The translations under genes and the position numbers were made by a program. From assembly GCA_965223545.1 (NCBI GenBank), contig OZ245006.1, forward strand, positions 1 to 64,000: 64,000 nt of DNA, written 5' to 3'. Under the pieces are notes generated by a model. That model was not told the origin of the DNA. It ran no database searches and worked only from the letters and a program-made list of their open reading frames with translations. Below are positions 26,636 through 37,520 of the stretch, piece by piece. Position 1 is the first letter of the stretch. The number at the start of each line of letters is the position of its first letter. This DNA comes from Planctomycetota bacterium (lineage in GTDB: Bacteria > Planctomycetota > UBA1135 > UBA2386).

Positions 26636-27340
26636 CTAATCGCGCCGGCCGAACAGCCCCAGCACCGAGGCCCAGTAGATCAGCTGCACGAACGAGTTGA
26701 CGAACGCGGCGACGTAGGTCATGCCGGCGGCATTGAGCACCGCGCGGGCGCCCGGCAGCTCGTCGGCAGTGAGATAGCCGCCGCCTTCCAGCGCGACCAT
26801 CGCGCGCCGGCTGGCATCGAACTCGACGGGCAGCGTCACCAGAGTGAAGAGCGTGGTCGTGGCGAACAGCGCCAACCCGACCCACGCCAGCGTCGCGCCG
26901 GCGCCGCCCGCGGCAAAGCCGCCCAACACCGCCGCGGCGATGATGATCCATATCGACAGGTTGCTGCCGAAGTTCGCGATGGGCACCCACCACGAGCGGA
27001 AGCCCAATGGCGCGTAGCGCTCGGCGTGCTGGATGGCGTGGCCGACCTCGTGCGCGGCGACGCCGAACGCCGCCATGTTGTTCTGGTGGAACACAGGCTC
27101 GGACAGCCTCAGGGTCTTGCTGCGCGGATCGTAGTGATCGGTCAGCTGGCCGGGGACCGGCTCGACCCGCACATCGTGGATGCCGTGCGTCTGCAGAATC
27201 GCCTCGGCGACCTGGGCCCCGCTGAGCCGCGATCGCGTCGGCAACTTGCTGTAGTGCGCAAACGTGCTCTTGACCTTGCTGGAAGCCCAGAGGCTCAACA
27301 GCATGCCGAGGCCGATGATGACCCAGTACGTCAGTCCCAT
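26636..27340 (-). CDS. Membrane zinc metallopeptidase (YugP-like)
   Basis: LTDHYDP, AAHEVGHAIQH, TLPVEFDASRRA, TYVAA. Confidence 0.92.
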   Translation of the reverse strand: MGLTYWVIIGLGMLLSLWASSKVKSTFAHYSKLPTRSRLSGAQVAEAILQTHGIHDVRVEPVPGQLTDHYDPRSKTLRLSEPVFHQNNMAAFGVAAHEVGHAIQHAERYAPLGFRSWWVPIANFGSNLSIWIIIAAAVLGGFAAGGAGATLAWVGLALFATTTLFTLVTLPVEFDASRRAMVALEGGGYLTADELPGARAVLNAAGMTYVAAFVNSFVQLIYWASVLGLFGRRD

Positions 27341-27451
27341 GGCTCTCGTCTAGGCCCTGGGGCCGGGGCCCGTCAACGGCGATCACGACTTTCCGGTGCC
27401 AGCGCGTTCCGACGGGACGTGCGGGTGCGCGATATGCTTGCCTCTGGGGCG

Positions 27452-30142
27452 ATGCCACCGACCGAGGACACGCAGTTCGCCAGCTCCCAGGAGGTGGCCG
27501 CCAGTCTCTTCTTCGAGCGGGCAGTCCGCGCCGGCGCGGTCGACCCATCTTCGTTCGACGCCCTTTGCGCCGAGTTCCCGCACTGGCGCGAAGTGTTCGA
27601 GATCCTGCGCGTGGACGTCGAGCAGGCCGGCCCGGCTCTGCGCGGAGTGATGCCCGGCGGCAGCGGCGCGGCGGATGTCCCGGGCGTCTTCGCCTCGCTG
27701 CAGGAGGGCGGCACCAGGGCCGGTCGGTTTCGCGATCTCGGCGTGCTCGGCCGCGGCGGCATGGGGATCGTCCGCAAGGTCTGGGATCCCGAGCTGCGCC
27801 GGGTCGTCGCCCTCAAGACGCTGATCGAGCCGGCGGAGCATCGCGATCCCCTGTGGTCGCAGCGCACGCAGTGGCGGCTGCTGGCCGAGGCGCAGATCGT
27901 CGGTCAGTTGCAGCACCCCGGCATCGTTCCGGTGCTGGAGGTCGGACTGAACGCGGCGGGACAGCTGTACTTCACCATGCCGCTGGTGGCCGGCGAGGGC
28001 TACGACGCAGTGTTGGGCAAGGTGCGTGCCGGCGCCACTGACTGGAGCCTGACGCGGGCCATCGTGGTGCTGCAGCGGGTGGCCGAGACCGCCGCGTACG
28101 CGCACGCCCGCGGGGTCCTCCACCGGGATCTGAAACCCGCCAACGTCATGGTCGGCGCCTTCGGTCAGGCCTACGTCATGGATTGGGGCTTGGCACGCAT
28201 CGTCGGCGGGGCAGCGGCGGAGCTTCCCGCGCTCGAGGACGACGAGCGCGAGGGCGGCGCGACCGCACTCGGCGGCGAAGACGGCGAGGGCAACGCCGAG
28301 GTCTCGTCGGCGCGCCAGGAGCTCCGCCGGCGCGCGCCCCTGTCGCCGCTGCTGTCGCACGTCGGAGACGTCGTCGGCACACCCGCGTACATGGCTCCCG
28401 AGCAGGCCCAGGGCAAAGTCGACGAGGTCGATGCCCGGGTCGACGTCTACAGCATCGGCGCAATGCTGTACGAGCTCCTGGCCGGTCATCCTCCGTACTC
28501 GGGAGGGCGGCGCAGCGCGGCGCCTCGAGCGCGGGGCGCGACCCTGGAGCGCGTGCGTGCGGGCCCGCCCCCGGCCCTGTCACGATTGGCAACCGGGGCT
28601 CCCGAGGAGCTGGTGGCGATCGCCGACAAGGCGATGGCGCGGGATCCCGCGGTGCGCTACCCGACCGCGATGGCGCTCGCCGACGATCTGCGCGCCTTCC
28701 TCGAGCTGCGCGTGGTGTCGGCCCATCGCACTGGCGCCTTGCCCGAGCTCAGCAAGTGGATGGCACGGCACCGCGGGGTCGTCGTCGTCATGGCCTTGCT
28801 CTTGCTCACGCTGCTGGGGTCGGCGTTGGGTTTCGCCGCCCTCTACCGAGAGGCGGACGACCAGCTGCTGGCGACCCGGCGCGCACAGGCAGACGCCCTG
28901 CGCCGCCAGAGCGCGCTGCGTGGCATCGGCCCAACGACGTTTCCACTGCCGACCTTCAGCGACGTCTTCGACGACGACAGACTGGACCGCCGCTGGATCG
29001 GCGCTTCGAACGCCCATCTGATCGAGGAGGTCGACGGTGCGCTCCGCTTGGCGGCGCCCGCCGCGGAGAGCACGGACACCATGCTCACTCTTGACCGCAT
29101 GGTGTCCGTGGTGCAAGGCGAGTTCGAGCTGACCGTGTCGTTCGCGCTGCACGGCTTCGATGTGCCGGGAGAGACGCGGCACGAGCGGCTGGCGGGAGTG
29201 GGGCTGCGCTCGACCGGGGACGACCGATTCGTCGCCGGAATCTCGCGGCACGCGGAGCGGGATCCACCCGATTGTGTCGGCGCGGCGCAGACCTACTGCG
29301 CGTCGTTCGAAGGCTCCGATTGTCTCGGCAGCGTGTGGCGGGCGCGCGACGATCGGCGCGGCCGCATGCGCTTTGTCCGCCAGGACGGTGCCCTCAGCCA
29401 ATCGTACTGGGACTCGGACGGCGGCTGGCAGGTGCTGCGCACCGATCCGGCGCCGGCGGACGATCTGTACATCGTGATCTGGGCGCGAAACTTCTACGCC
29501 ACGGAGCCATTTCGGTTCGACGTCGAGTCAATCGACTACCGCACTCTTTCCGAGCGGCGTCGGGAGCCGGTGGAGTTGGTGCTGGATTTCAGCGATGGCT
29601 GGATCGATCCCCGTCTGCAGATCGCCGGCGATTTCGGCATCGTGGCGGAGATCGACGACACCATGTTCTTGGAGAAGCTGGCGGGCTCGCCGGGGTGGGT
29701 TGCGGTCAACCTCGATGCCGACCGCTATGCACTGTGTGGCGATTTCGAGCTGGTGTTGCAGCTCGAGCTCGATGAGTTCTCCGCGCCGGCCGCCGGTGCG
29801 CACGCGCTCCATCTGGGCCTGCGCGGCATCGATGGCACCGCCTACGCCAGGCTGTCGCTGCTCGCGGACGCACGCGGGCGTGGCTGGCGTTCGTGGCAGC
29901 GCAGTCGGGTGTCGCGGAGTCCGAGTGAAGGTGATGCGCTGGCCATCGTCGTGCATCGCCGCGGGACGGTGCTGCGGTTCGAAGTGACGGACGAGCTCGG
30001 CACCCGCGAAGTGCTCCGACGGGAGCACGTCGGCGCCTCGGTCGACCTGAGCTTCGGCCTCGAGCTGTCGGCGGTCGACAGCGAGGCCGAGCTGGTGGTC
30101 GGCGTCAATCGCCTGTGGGCCCGCAACCTGCAGCCGAGGTGA
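27452..30142 (+). CDS. Membrane Ser/Thr protein kinase with beta-rich extracellular domain
   Basis: GRGGMG, HRDLKPAN, MDWGLA, GTPAYMAPEQ; TM helix; C-terminal beta-sandwich-like region. Confidence 0.9.
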   Translation: MPPTEDTQFASSQEVAASLFFERAVRAGAVDPSSFDALCAEFPHWREVFEILRVDVEQAGPALRGVMPGGSGAADVPGVFASLQEGGTRAGRFRDLGVLGRGGMGIVRKVWDPELRRVVALKTLIEPAEHRDPLWSQRTQWRLLAEAQIVGQLQHPGIVPVLEVGLNAAGQLYFTMPLVAGEGYDAVLGKVRAGATDWSLTRAIVVLQRVAETAAYAHARGVLHRDLKPANVMVGAFGQAYVMDWGLARIVGGAAAELPALEDDEREGGATALGGEDGEGNAEVSSARQELRRRAPLSPLLSHVGDVVGTPAYMAPEQAQGKVDEVDARVDVYSIGAMLYELLAGHPPYSGGRRSAAPRARGATLERVRAGPPPALSRLATGAPEELVAIADKAMARDPAVRYPTAMALADDLRAFLELRVVSAHRTGALPELSKWMARHRGVVVVMALLLLTLLGSALGFAALYREADDQLLATRRAQADALRRQSALRGIGPTTFPLPTFSDVFDDDRLDRRWIGASNAHLIEEVDGALRLAAPAAESTDTMLTLDRMVSVVQGEFELTVSFALHGFDVPGETRHERLAGVGLRSTGDDRFVAGISRHAERDPPDCVGAAQTYCASFEGSDCLGSVWRARDDRRGRMRFVRQDGALSQSYWDSDGGWQVLRTDPAPADDLYIVIWARNFYATEPFRFDVESIDYRTLSERRREPVELVLDFSDGWIDPRLQIAGDFGIVAEIDDTMFLEKLAGSPGWVAVNLDADRYALCGDFELVLQLELDEFSAPAAGAHALHLGLRGIDGTAYARLSLLADARGRGWRSWQRSRVSRSPSEGDALAIVVHRRGTVLRFEVTDELGTREVLRREHVGASVDLSFGLELSAVDSEAELVVGVNRLWARNLQPR

Positions 30143-30282
30143 CGGCCGGGCGCACTCGTAATGGCATTGTAATCGTTGTCGAGTAGACCCACCGGGGGTG
30201 TGGACCGGGGCGAGGTGCTGCCGTTGTCTGGGACGTGGCACAGACCCCAACTCCGCCGGCGCGCCCGGCGGGCCGCGGAACC

Positions 30283-33090
30283 ATGAACGCCAAGCTACTC
30301 GCCCTCGGGCTCGGACTCGCCGCTGCCGTCGCAGCGACGGTGGCGCTGCTCTCCCAACCCTCGGCTCCCGCGCCGCTGACCACCCAGGAGGGCGGGCCGG
30401 GCGCCGCTGGCGCGGGCGCTGCGGCGACGCTGGTGGACCATCAGCGGCCGAAGTCGACTTCGGCGTTCGCCGAGCGCAGCGCGGTGGCCGATGGCGGCGC
30501 TGGTGGCGGCGCGAGCGCTGCGGTGGGCGCGCTGCGCGTCAGCGGCCGCGTGGTCGATGGCGCCGGCCGGCCGGTCGCGGGGGCGGACGTCTGGGCGATG
30601 CACTGGGATCGCGCCGATCCCCGGGCTCGGTTTGGCGGTGCGGAGTGGCGGTCGCGCGGCCGTGGAGAGGGTCGCCGGCGGCGTCCACTCGGCGAGGCCA
30701 CGAAGACTGGCCCGGACGGCAGCTTCGTGCTGGCCGGCGGGGTCGGCGCCGAGGTCGAGCTCGCCGTCCTGGCGCGCCGGGCCGACCTCGCTCCGGCGGT
30801 GGTGGAGCGGACCTGGCGCGCGGAGGAGGGAGTGCTCCACGTCGGGGACGTCGTGCTCGCTGCCGGGGTGCGCGCGCGCGGTACCGTCGTCGACGAGACC
30901 GGACGCCCGGTCGCCGGTGCCGAGGTTCGCTTCCGCTCGGCCGAGCGCGGCGGTCGCGGCGCCCGCTGGGGACGCGGCGACAATCTGATGACCGACCTGG
31001 TGGCGCCGGTGCGGACCGACAATGCCGGCGGTTTCGAGTTGGGACCCGTGCCCCTGACGCCGTTTCGGTTGGCGGCCGACGCCGAACGGCACGTCGCCGC
31101 CGAGACGCCGGTGATCGAGGTCGGCGACGATGGCGCGGTGGCGGAGCAGCGGTTGGTGCTGGTGCGCGCGGTGTCCTTGGCCGGCATCGTGCAAGATCGC
31201 GCCGGAGCGCCGATCGCGGGCGCGCGCGTCTCGGGCTCCGCGGCGCCGGCGGCCGATGCTCGCGGTGGGGGCGGAGACCGACTCGAATCGAGGCGCGGCG
31301 GGCGCGGGGGCGGGCGCTTCCGGCGCGGCCGCCCGGAGCGTGCCGACGCGGTGCGCACCGACGCCGAGGGGCGCTTCGAGCTGACCGAGCTACCTCCCGG
31401 ATTGGTCGAGGTCCGCGTCGAGCACGAACAGCACCGCGATCTCCTGGTCGAGGAGGTCGATCCGGCGCGCGACCGCTGGCTGACCCTGGCGATGGACCCA
31501 CTGGCGACGGTCCGCGGGACGGTCGTGGATGCGCGCACCGGCGCCCCCGTCGAGAGCTTCGCCATCGAGGCGCGCGCCTACCGCGGCGCGCGGGGTGAAG
31601 CGTCCGGCCGCGGTCCCGGCGCCCCACCGGCCGAGCAGAGCTGGCGTGTCGAGCGGTTGGGTGGCGTCGGGGAGGTCGCCGGGCGGACCGGCCCGCCGGA
31701 GCCGCGGCCGGAGGGCGTGTTCGCCCTGCACGGTCTCGAGCCGGGCGACTACCTGTTCGACATCCGCGCCCCGGGCTACGCCGCGGTGGCCGCGGGGAGC
31801 GTGACCGTGCCGCTTGCCGGTGTGGACGGCCTGCGGTTCGCGTTGCAGCGCGGTGCCGTCCTGCGCGGCCGTGTCGTCGAGCGCGGCGGATCGCCGGTCG
31901 CCGACGCCCGGGTGCGGCTGGCCCTGCCGGAACCGCCGGGTGCAGCCGCCGGTGACGAAGCGCGCGGAACCCCGCGCGGCGGCGGGCGGCGACCTGGACG
32001 CGGCCGACCGCGCAACGATCCCGTCGGCGAGGCGCGCACCGCGGCCGACGGCAGCTTCGCCATCGAAGGCGTACCTGCCGGCAGCTACGTCGTGACCGTG
32101 GCCGCCGAGGGCTACTTGGAGCTCGAGGAGCCGGGCGTGAGCCTGCGCGCCGACAGCGCGGCGGATCGCACGTTGACCCTCGTCGCCGGCGGGGTGATCC
32201 GGGGCGCGATCCTGGATCACCGCGAGGGCGAGGAGGCCATGGTGATCGCCAGCGGTACGGACGGCCGCCGGCACCGGGGCGAGGTCGATCCCGTGCTCGG
32301 CACCTACGAGATCGGCGGTCTGCCGGCGGGTGGTTACCAGGTCACGCTGATGGACGTCGATGGCAACGGCCGTCGCGCGCTGCTGGCGAGGCTCGTGCAG
32401 GGCGAGCAGGGCACCGATGTGTTCGTTCGCGAAGGCGCCGAGGTGCGCTTCGATCTGCGCCACGCCCCGGTCGACGTCGGCAGCGTGACGGGTGTCCTGA
32501 CGCTCAATGGAGCCCCGCGGGAGGGGGTCCTCGTGCAGCTGGCTCCGACCAGTGGGCCGATGGCCGCGGGTCAGAACAGCGGCGGTCGCGAATGGGCCCG
32601 CGCAGCTTGGCTGTGGTCGGACCGCACCAGTGCCGAGGGCCGCTTCAGCATCGCGGACGTGCCGCCGGGTGGATTCGAGCTGCGCGTCACCGCCGCCGGT
32701 GGCGGGGGGCCACGCCGCGGAGGCAGCTCCGGCGAGCCGCTGCACGTCGAACCACTGCAGGTTGTCGCCGGGGCGCCCACCACCGTCGACCTCGCGGTGT
32801 CGGTCGGCAGCGTCGAGGTGATGGTGCCGGGGCTCGCCGTGGGCCAGCGGGCCGCTGTCTGGATGGTCTTGACGGAAGAAGCGGCCGGACGCCCGCCGAC
32901 GGAATGGCGTGGCCTGGGGTCGGTGCAGATTCTGCGCCTGACGGAGGGCACCACCGGCGAGCGGGTCGTTGCGCCGGGCGCCTACCGGGCAGCCGTGCTC
33001 GGTGGCGAAGTGCGTTCCGACCCCGTCGACGTGACCGTGGCCACAGGCGCTCCCACCCGACTGGTGATCGAGATCACCGACGGCGGGTGA
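30283..33090 (+). CDS. Exported carboxypeptidase-regulatory-like repeat protein
   Basis: Signal/anchor MNAKLLAL; multiple G.V.D..G.PV.GA.V and TD..G.F repeats; RG-rich loops. Confidence 0.8.
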   Translation: MNAKLLALGLGLAAAVAATVALLSQPSAPAPLTTQEGGPGAAGAGAAATLVDHQRPKSTSAFAERSAVADGGAGGGASAAVGALRVSGRVVDGAGRPVAGADVWAMHWDRADPRARFGGAEWRSRGRGEGRRRRPLGEATKTGPDGSFVLAGGVGAEVELAVLARRADLAPAVVERTWRAEEGVLHVGDVVLAAGVRARGTVVDETGRPVAGAEVRFRSAERGGRGARWGRGDNLMTDLVAPVRTDNAGGFELGPVPLTPFRLAADAERHVAAETPVIEVGDDGAVAEQRLVLVRAVSLAGIVQDRAGAPIAGARVSGSAAPAADARGGGGDRLESRRGGRGGGRFRRGRPERADAVRTDAEGRFELTELPPGLVEVRVEHEQHRDLLVEEVDPARDRWLTLAMDPLATVRGTVVDARTGAPVESFAIEARAYRGARGEASGRGPGAPPAEQSWRVERLGGVGEVAGRTGPPEPRPEGVFALHGLEPGDYLFDIRAPGYAAVAAGSVTVPLAGVDGLRFALQRGAVLRGRVVERGGSPVADARVRLALPEPPGAAAGDEARGTPRGGGRRPGRGRPRNDPVGEARTAADGSFAIEGVPAGSYVVTVAAEGYLELEEPGVSLRADSAADRTLTLVAGGVIRGAILDHREGEEAMVIASGTDGRRHRGEVDPVLGTYEIGGLPAGGYQVTLMDVDGNGRRALLARLVQGEQGTDVFVREGAEVRFDLRHAPVDVGSVTGVLTLNGAPREGVLVQLAPTSGPMAAGQNSGGREWARAAWLWSDRTSAEGRFSIADVPPGGFELRVTAAGGGGPRRGGSSGEPLHVEPLQVVAGAPTTVDLAVSVGSVEVMVPGLAVGQRAAVWMVLTEEAAGRPPTEWRGLGSVQILRLTEGTTGERVVAPGAYRAAVLGGEVRSDPVDVTVATGAPTRLVIEITDGG

Positions 33091-33205
33091 GCCGTGCGGA
33101 TGCCTGAATCACCCCACCCTAGAGTTTCGGGCCGGAGCTACCCGCGTGGCGGGCAGGCAACGTCCGGCTCCCCCCTGTGTTGTTTCGTTCCGAGGTAGGA
33201 CACCG

Positions 33206-34342
33206 ATGTCGCATGGCATGATTTGGTTCGTTCCGGCGCTGTGCGCCGCTCCGCTGCTCGGCCAACAGGCCGCGTTGACCCATGGCCCCGCGGTGGACGT
33301 GCGGGTCTCGATCGACACCACGGTGACGAGTGAGAGCCAGCGGGCAGTGACGATCGACGGCGAGGAGCCCGATTTCGGCAACCGCGGGTTTGGCCGCGGC
33401 CGCGGCGGCGGCAAGACCACCGCCGCGCGCCAGATCGTGTTCGAGCAGGCGGCCGACGGCAGCTGGCGCCGCTATGACGAGCTCCGTTCGGTCAGCGAGC
33501 GTCCCGGCCGGGACGGCGAGTCGGCGCGCGCCGAGGTCGAGGGCGCGCTGGCCGGCAAGAAGGTCCGCTGGTCGAAGGGCGAGGCTGGCGAGACGGTACT
33601 GATCGCCGAGGGCGAGGACGGTGCCGAGGCCCTGCCCGCTGCCTACGCGCGCGGTGCCCGGGCGCTTGATTTGGCGGCCGTGCTGCCTGGCAAGGTGGTC
33701 GAGGTCGGCGAGGAGTTCGAGCTGGGATCCGACCTGCGCGCCCTGTTGCTGGCTCTGGACCACCCGGTGGTGCCGGCGCGCGAACAGGGCGGCGAACGCC
33801 GCGGCGACCGGGGTGACCGCGGTGACCGCGGTGAGCGGCGGGGCGAGGGCCGCGGTGGGCGCGGCGAGGGGCGCGCGGGGCGCGGCGAGGGTGCCGGGCG
33901 CGGCGGGCGCGGCTTCCGGCGAGGCGGCGGCAGTGGCATCGAGGCGTTGCTCGCCAATGACAAGTTGGCCTTCTCCGGCAGCGGGAAGTTGGTGGCGATC
34001 GAAGAGGAGGGCGACGCGCGCCGCGCGAAGATCGCGCTCGCCGCCAAGCTCGAAGCCAGCGGCGACGCCGAGCAGCTGGGCCTGGGTGGCGGAATGGGTT
34101 TTCGCCGGGGAGGTGGAGACGCCGGGACCTCGACTGCGGTCGCCGCGGTGCAATGGACCGGTCACGCGTGGTTCGATCTGGTGGCGAGCCAAGTGACGCG
34201 CATCGATCTGGCCGGCAGCTGGAAGCAAAGCACCGAGAGCAAGCGGATGGTCAACTTCGACGGCCAGGAGGGCGAGCTCGAGACCCGTTCGAGCACCGAG
34301 GGCACGTTCGAGGTCGCGGTGCGCGCAGAGCCGACGCGCTGA
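33206..34342 (+). CDS. Secreted hypothetical protein with RG-rich insertions
   Basis: Signal peptide; beta-rich body; GERRGDRGDRGDRGE low-complexity tract. Confidence 0.7.
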   Translation: MSHGMIWFVPALCAAPLLGQQAALTHGPAVDVRVSIDTTVTSESQRAVTIDGEEPDFGNRGFGRGRGGGKTTAARQIVFEQAADGSWRRYDELRSVSERPGRDGESARAEVEGALAGKKVRWSKGEAGETVLIAEGEDGAEALPAAYARGARALDLAAVLPGKVVEVGEEFELGSDLRALLLALDHPVVPAREQGGERRGDRGDRGDRGERRGEGRGGRGEGRAGRGEGAGRGGRGFRRGGGSGIEALLANDKLAFSGSGKLVAIEEEGDARRAKIALAAKLEASGDAEQLGLGGGMGFRRGGGDAGTSTAVAAVQWTGHAWFDLVASQVTRIDLAGSWKQSTESKRMVNFDGQEGELETRSSTEGTFEVAVRAEPTR

Positions 34343-34353
34343 GCGCGACAGCC

Positions 34354-34977
34354 ATGCCGCCCCCGACCGTCGCACTGCGCTCCCTCGCGCGCCGGGATCC
34401 CGCGCTGGGCCGCGCCATGCGCCGCGTCGCGCCCTACCCGGGGTTCCCGCAGCGCGGTCGCGGCGCGCCGGGCTCTCGCTTCCACGCCCTGGCGCGCGCC
34501 ATCATCTTCCAGCAGCTCGCCGGGGCGGCGGCGCGCACGATCCACGCTCGGGTCGCGGCGCTGACGCCAGGGCCCCGGTTTCCGTCTCCAGACGAACTGA
34601 GCGCGCTGCCGGAGGCCGCGCTGCGCGCCGCGGGCCTGTCCCGCGGCAAGCTGGCCAGCCTGCGCGATCTCGCGGCCCGCGTCGGCGACGGCCGGCTGCG
34701 GCTGCGCGGCATGCACCGCCTCGACGACGACGACGTCATCGAGCGCCTGGTCGAGGTCCGCGGGATCGGCGAGTGGACCGCCCAGATGTTCTTGATGTTC
34801 GAGCTCGGCCGCCTCGATGTGATGCCCACCGGCGACCTCGGCGTCCGCGAGGGAATGCGTCGACTCGACGGCCTCGCCGAGCGCCCGACGCCCACCGCCC
34901 TCGACCAGCGCGCCCAAATCTGGGCCCCACTCCGCAGCGTCGGCGCCTGGGTCCTCTGGCGCCTCGCCGACGAGTAG
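34354..34977 (+). CDS. DNA-3-methyladenine glycosylase II (AlkA/HhH-GPD family)
   Basis: AIIFQQL, GLSRGK, VRGIGEWTAQM, DVMPTGDLGVR. Confidence 0.9.
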   Translation: MPPPTVALRSLARRDPALGRAMRRVAPYPGFPQRGRGAPGSRFHALARAIIFQQLAGAAARTIHARVAALTPGPRFPSPDELSALPEAALRAAGLSRGKLASLRDLAARVGDGRLRLRGMHRLDDDDVIERLVEVRGIGEWTAQMFLMFELGRLDVMPTGDLGVREGMRRLDGLAERPTPTALDQRAQIWAPLRSVGAWVLWRLADE

Positions 34978-35018
34978 TACCGAGTCAGACTCGATTTTCT
35001 CGCTTCGCCGCGCCCGGC

Positions 35019-37340
35019 CTACTGGCCGAACCGCGCCAAGACCGCGTTGGAGAAGCTCAGCCCCTGCGGCAGGCTCGGGTCCAGCGAGACGTACTGCAGC
35101 GCGAGGTTGAGTGGCGTGCCGCGTCCATTGATCGGGAACGACACGCTGCCGGTCGGTCCGGTGGCGACCAGGATCGAGGACAACAGTCCCGTTCCCGAGA
35201 CGATCGTGCCGCCGGCGATCGGCAGATCGGGCAGCCCGGGCGTGGAAATGACCAACGCCGCCGGCGCCAGCGGAGTGGCGTCCGTCAACGTCAGCTGGCT
35301 ACTCTCACCGGTCTTCAGGCCGGTGCCGCAGAAGGTGAGGATCGAGGAACCCGGACCGGTGCCGCCGAGGTCCATCTGGCAATCGGTGGTGGCACCGACG
35401 AACAACAGCGTGTCGTAGTCCTGATCTTCGGTCTCGCCGAAGACACCGTTCTCGTTGCGGTCGTAGCTGATCGTAGCGTGCACGACGACGCCGCCGAGAT
35501 GCAAGGGGTCGCGGTTGGCAACGGCGTTGTGGTCCTGGCCGTTGTGGCCGTCGGCGCAAATGTTTTGCGACCACGCCGTGTTGGAGCTGATCGAGTTGCT
35601 GTCGGCGATGCCGATGAAGTCGATCTGGTAGTCGATGCCCGAATTCGCGCCGCTGAACACGTCGCGCACTTGGAATACGAGCTCCAACTCGTAGCCCAGA
35701 GTGGTGGGGTCGAGCACGGCGCGCACCAAGCCGGTGCTGAACGTCGAGGTGGCACCAAAGATCTCGATTGCCGAGACGAACCAGATGTTGCCCCCCGAGT
35801 CGACCATCGGCGAGGTCATCGACGGCCCGAATGGCGTGCCGCCGGTGACGCGGTCGAGCGTGGTCAGGCGGCCGATGGCGTTGCCGCCGGGTCCGTCGAG
35901 CAACTCCTTGCCGACGACTCCCGCCGAGCTCGAGTTGTAGGCCGCGATCGTCCACTGCGCGTTGCCGTTGTCGTCGACGAACGCCACCGGAATGAAGTGC
36001 TGGTTCCAGTTGGGGCCGGAATCCGACGGGTGGTCCATGACCGCCGCGACCACGAGCCGCCCCTGCGGATCGATGTTCATGCCGACCTGGCCGTTGCCGC
36101 CACGGAACGCCACCTGGCTGTGGTAGTGGTCGAACTCGTTGGTGCCCGGGATGTTGGTGACCAGCGTCACCGGGTCGGTGATCGTGCCGGGCGGGATCAA
36201 GCCGATCGAGCCGGTGACGTTCGCGCTGGCATCGATGCCGAACACGTTCATCACCGTCGTGTTGCTGCCCTGATCCTGCCCCAGCACCGCGGCGATGCCG
36301 TGCGTGCTGGCGACCGAGGCGTGGTTCTTCTCGATGGTCGACATGCCGCCACGGTGGCCGGTCACCGTCGACGCGAGGTGCCCCGTGCCCTGGGCCAGGG
36401 TGGCGAACGTCGACCCGCGGACGTACTCGTTGTTGAAGTTCGTCCCCATCATGATGGGCACACCGATGTTGCCGATGGTCGGCGTGTTGTGCGTGGATTG
36501 CGCCTGCTGCAGCAGCCAGTTGGTCGCCGTGGCGTCGAACAGCCCGAAGGGATACTCGAGGCTGATGACGTTCATGATGTCGCAGTCGCGCATCGCGGCA
36601 CCGACCATGTAGACGTTGTCGCCGGACAGCGGCGTCAGCGACGCCGCGGCGCAGGTCGCGCCGACGACACCGAAGCCGTCCGCGCGGAAGATGGTGAACC
36701 CATCGGCATCGACGGCACCGAAGCCGAAGGTCGCCAGCTCGGCGCCCGTGTCACAGCCCGAGATGGCGGACAACACGCGGTCGACGTAGAGCCTGGTCGA
36801 GTTGATCGGGTCGTAGCGGACCAGCGCGGTGACGATGGCACCGAAGGGCACACCCGCATCCGTCGTGCCGAACTCGGTGAAGGCGGCGGCGAACTGATTG
36901 CCGTTGACGCCGGCGCTGATCGGAAACGCGGGATCGTTGATCGCCGGATCGTTGTTGACGCCGCGGCCGGCGGTCTGACTCCAGAAGCCGAAGGTGCCCG
37001 GGATCGGCATGTTCGACAGCTGTGCCCGGCTCATGGCCTGCGCGCCGAGAACGCCGGTGAAGAACGTCGAGCTGACCTTGCTGGACTTGACCAGCGGGCC
37101 GATGCCGAACTGCGTGCCCCAAGAAGTGCCGAACGGCACCAGATCGAGCACGTACTGATTGCATTGCTCGCTTCCGTTCGTCGCGGTGTTGTCGGCCCAC
37201 GGTGGGACCGCGTCGCCGGGGAGGCCGTTGGTCTTGGACACACTGTCCTGCGCGACCAGCGGGGCGCCACCGACCACCGCGGCGGCGGCGGCGAGCGCGA
37301 GAAGAGAGCGCTGGGAGGGGCAACGAGATGCGGAGGGCAT
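35019..37340 (-). CDS. Large secreted protein, unknown function
   Basis: Signal peptide; T/G/N/S-rich body; C-terminal ~120-aa beta domain ending LQY...FSNAV. Confidence 0.8.
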   Translation of the reverse strand: MPSASRCPSQRSLLALAAAAAVVGGAPLVAQDSVSKTNGLPGDAVPPWADNTATNGSEQCNQYVLDLVPFGTSWGTQFGIGPLVKSSKVSSTFFTGVLGAQAMSRAQLSNMPIPGTFGFWSQTAGRGVNNDPAINDPAFPISAGVNGNQFAAAFTEFGTTDAGVPFGAIVTALVRYDPINSTRLYVDRVLSAISGCDTGAELATFGFGAVDADGFTIFRADGFGVVGATCAAASLTPLSGDNVYMVGAAMRDCDIMNVISLEYPFGLFDATATNWLLQQAQSTHNTPTIGNIGVPIMMGTNFNNEYVRGSTFATLAQGTGHLASTVTGHRGGMSTIEKNHASVASTHGIAAVLGQDQGSNTTVMNVFGIDASANVTGSIGLIPPGTITDPVTLVTNIPGTNEFDHYHSQVAFRGGNGQVGMNIDPQGRLVVAAVMDHPSDSGPNWNQHFIPVAFVDDNGNAQWTIAAYNSSSAGVVGKELLDGPGGNAIGRLTTLDRVTGGTPFGPSMTSPMVDSGGNIWFVSAIEIFGATSTFSTGLVRAVLDPTTLGYELELVFQVRDVFSGANSGIDYQIDFIGIADSNSISSNTAWSQNICADGHNGQDHNAVANRDPLHLGGVVVHATISYDRNENGVFGETEDQDYDTLLFVGATTDCQMDLGGTGPGSSILTFCGTGLKTGESSQLTLTDATPLAPAALVISTPGLPDLPIAGGTIVSGTGLLSSILVATGPTGSVSFPINGRGTPLNLALQYVSLDPSLPQGLSFSNAVLARFGQ

Positions 37341-37520
37341 GGGCTGTTCCTGCTGAGGCGGAGTGTCGAAACTCGTTGGCGGCGGGGCCAGGACGGCCGC
37401 CGGCGCACGGCATGACCATAGCCGCAGCGCGACACCGGCGCGCGGGCCGATTGGCCACAGCCCGGAAGCGCGCTCCCAACTGACGTTGGGAACGTGGCTT
37501 CGGGAAACGCGGCCCTCGTT

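Noticed and set aside
27026..27451. N-terminal extension of the kinase given by the ORF track
   Set aside because: Overlaps the opposite-strand metallopeptidase gene; the ATG at 27434 or 27452 is more plausible.
34773..37415. Long alternative-frame ORFs here and at 42212-45094, 54534-56969, 23487-25589 and 10292-11953
   Set aside because: Arg/Ala/Pro-rich shadow frames of well-supported genes, expected in high-GC DNA.
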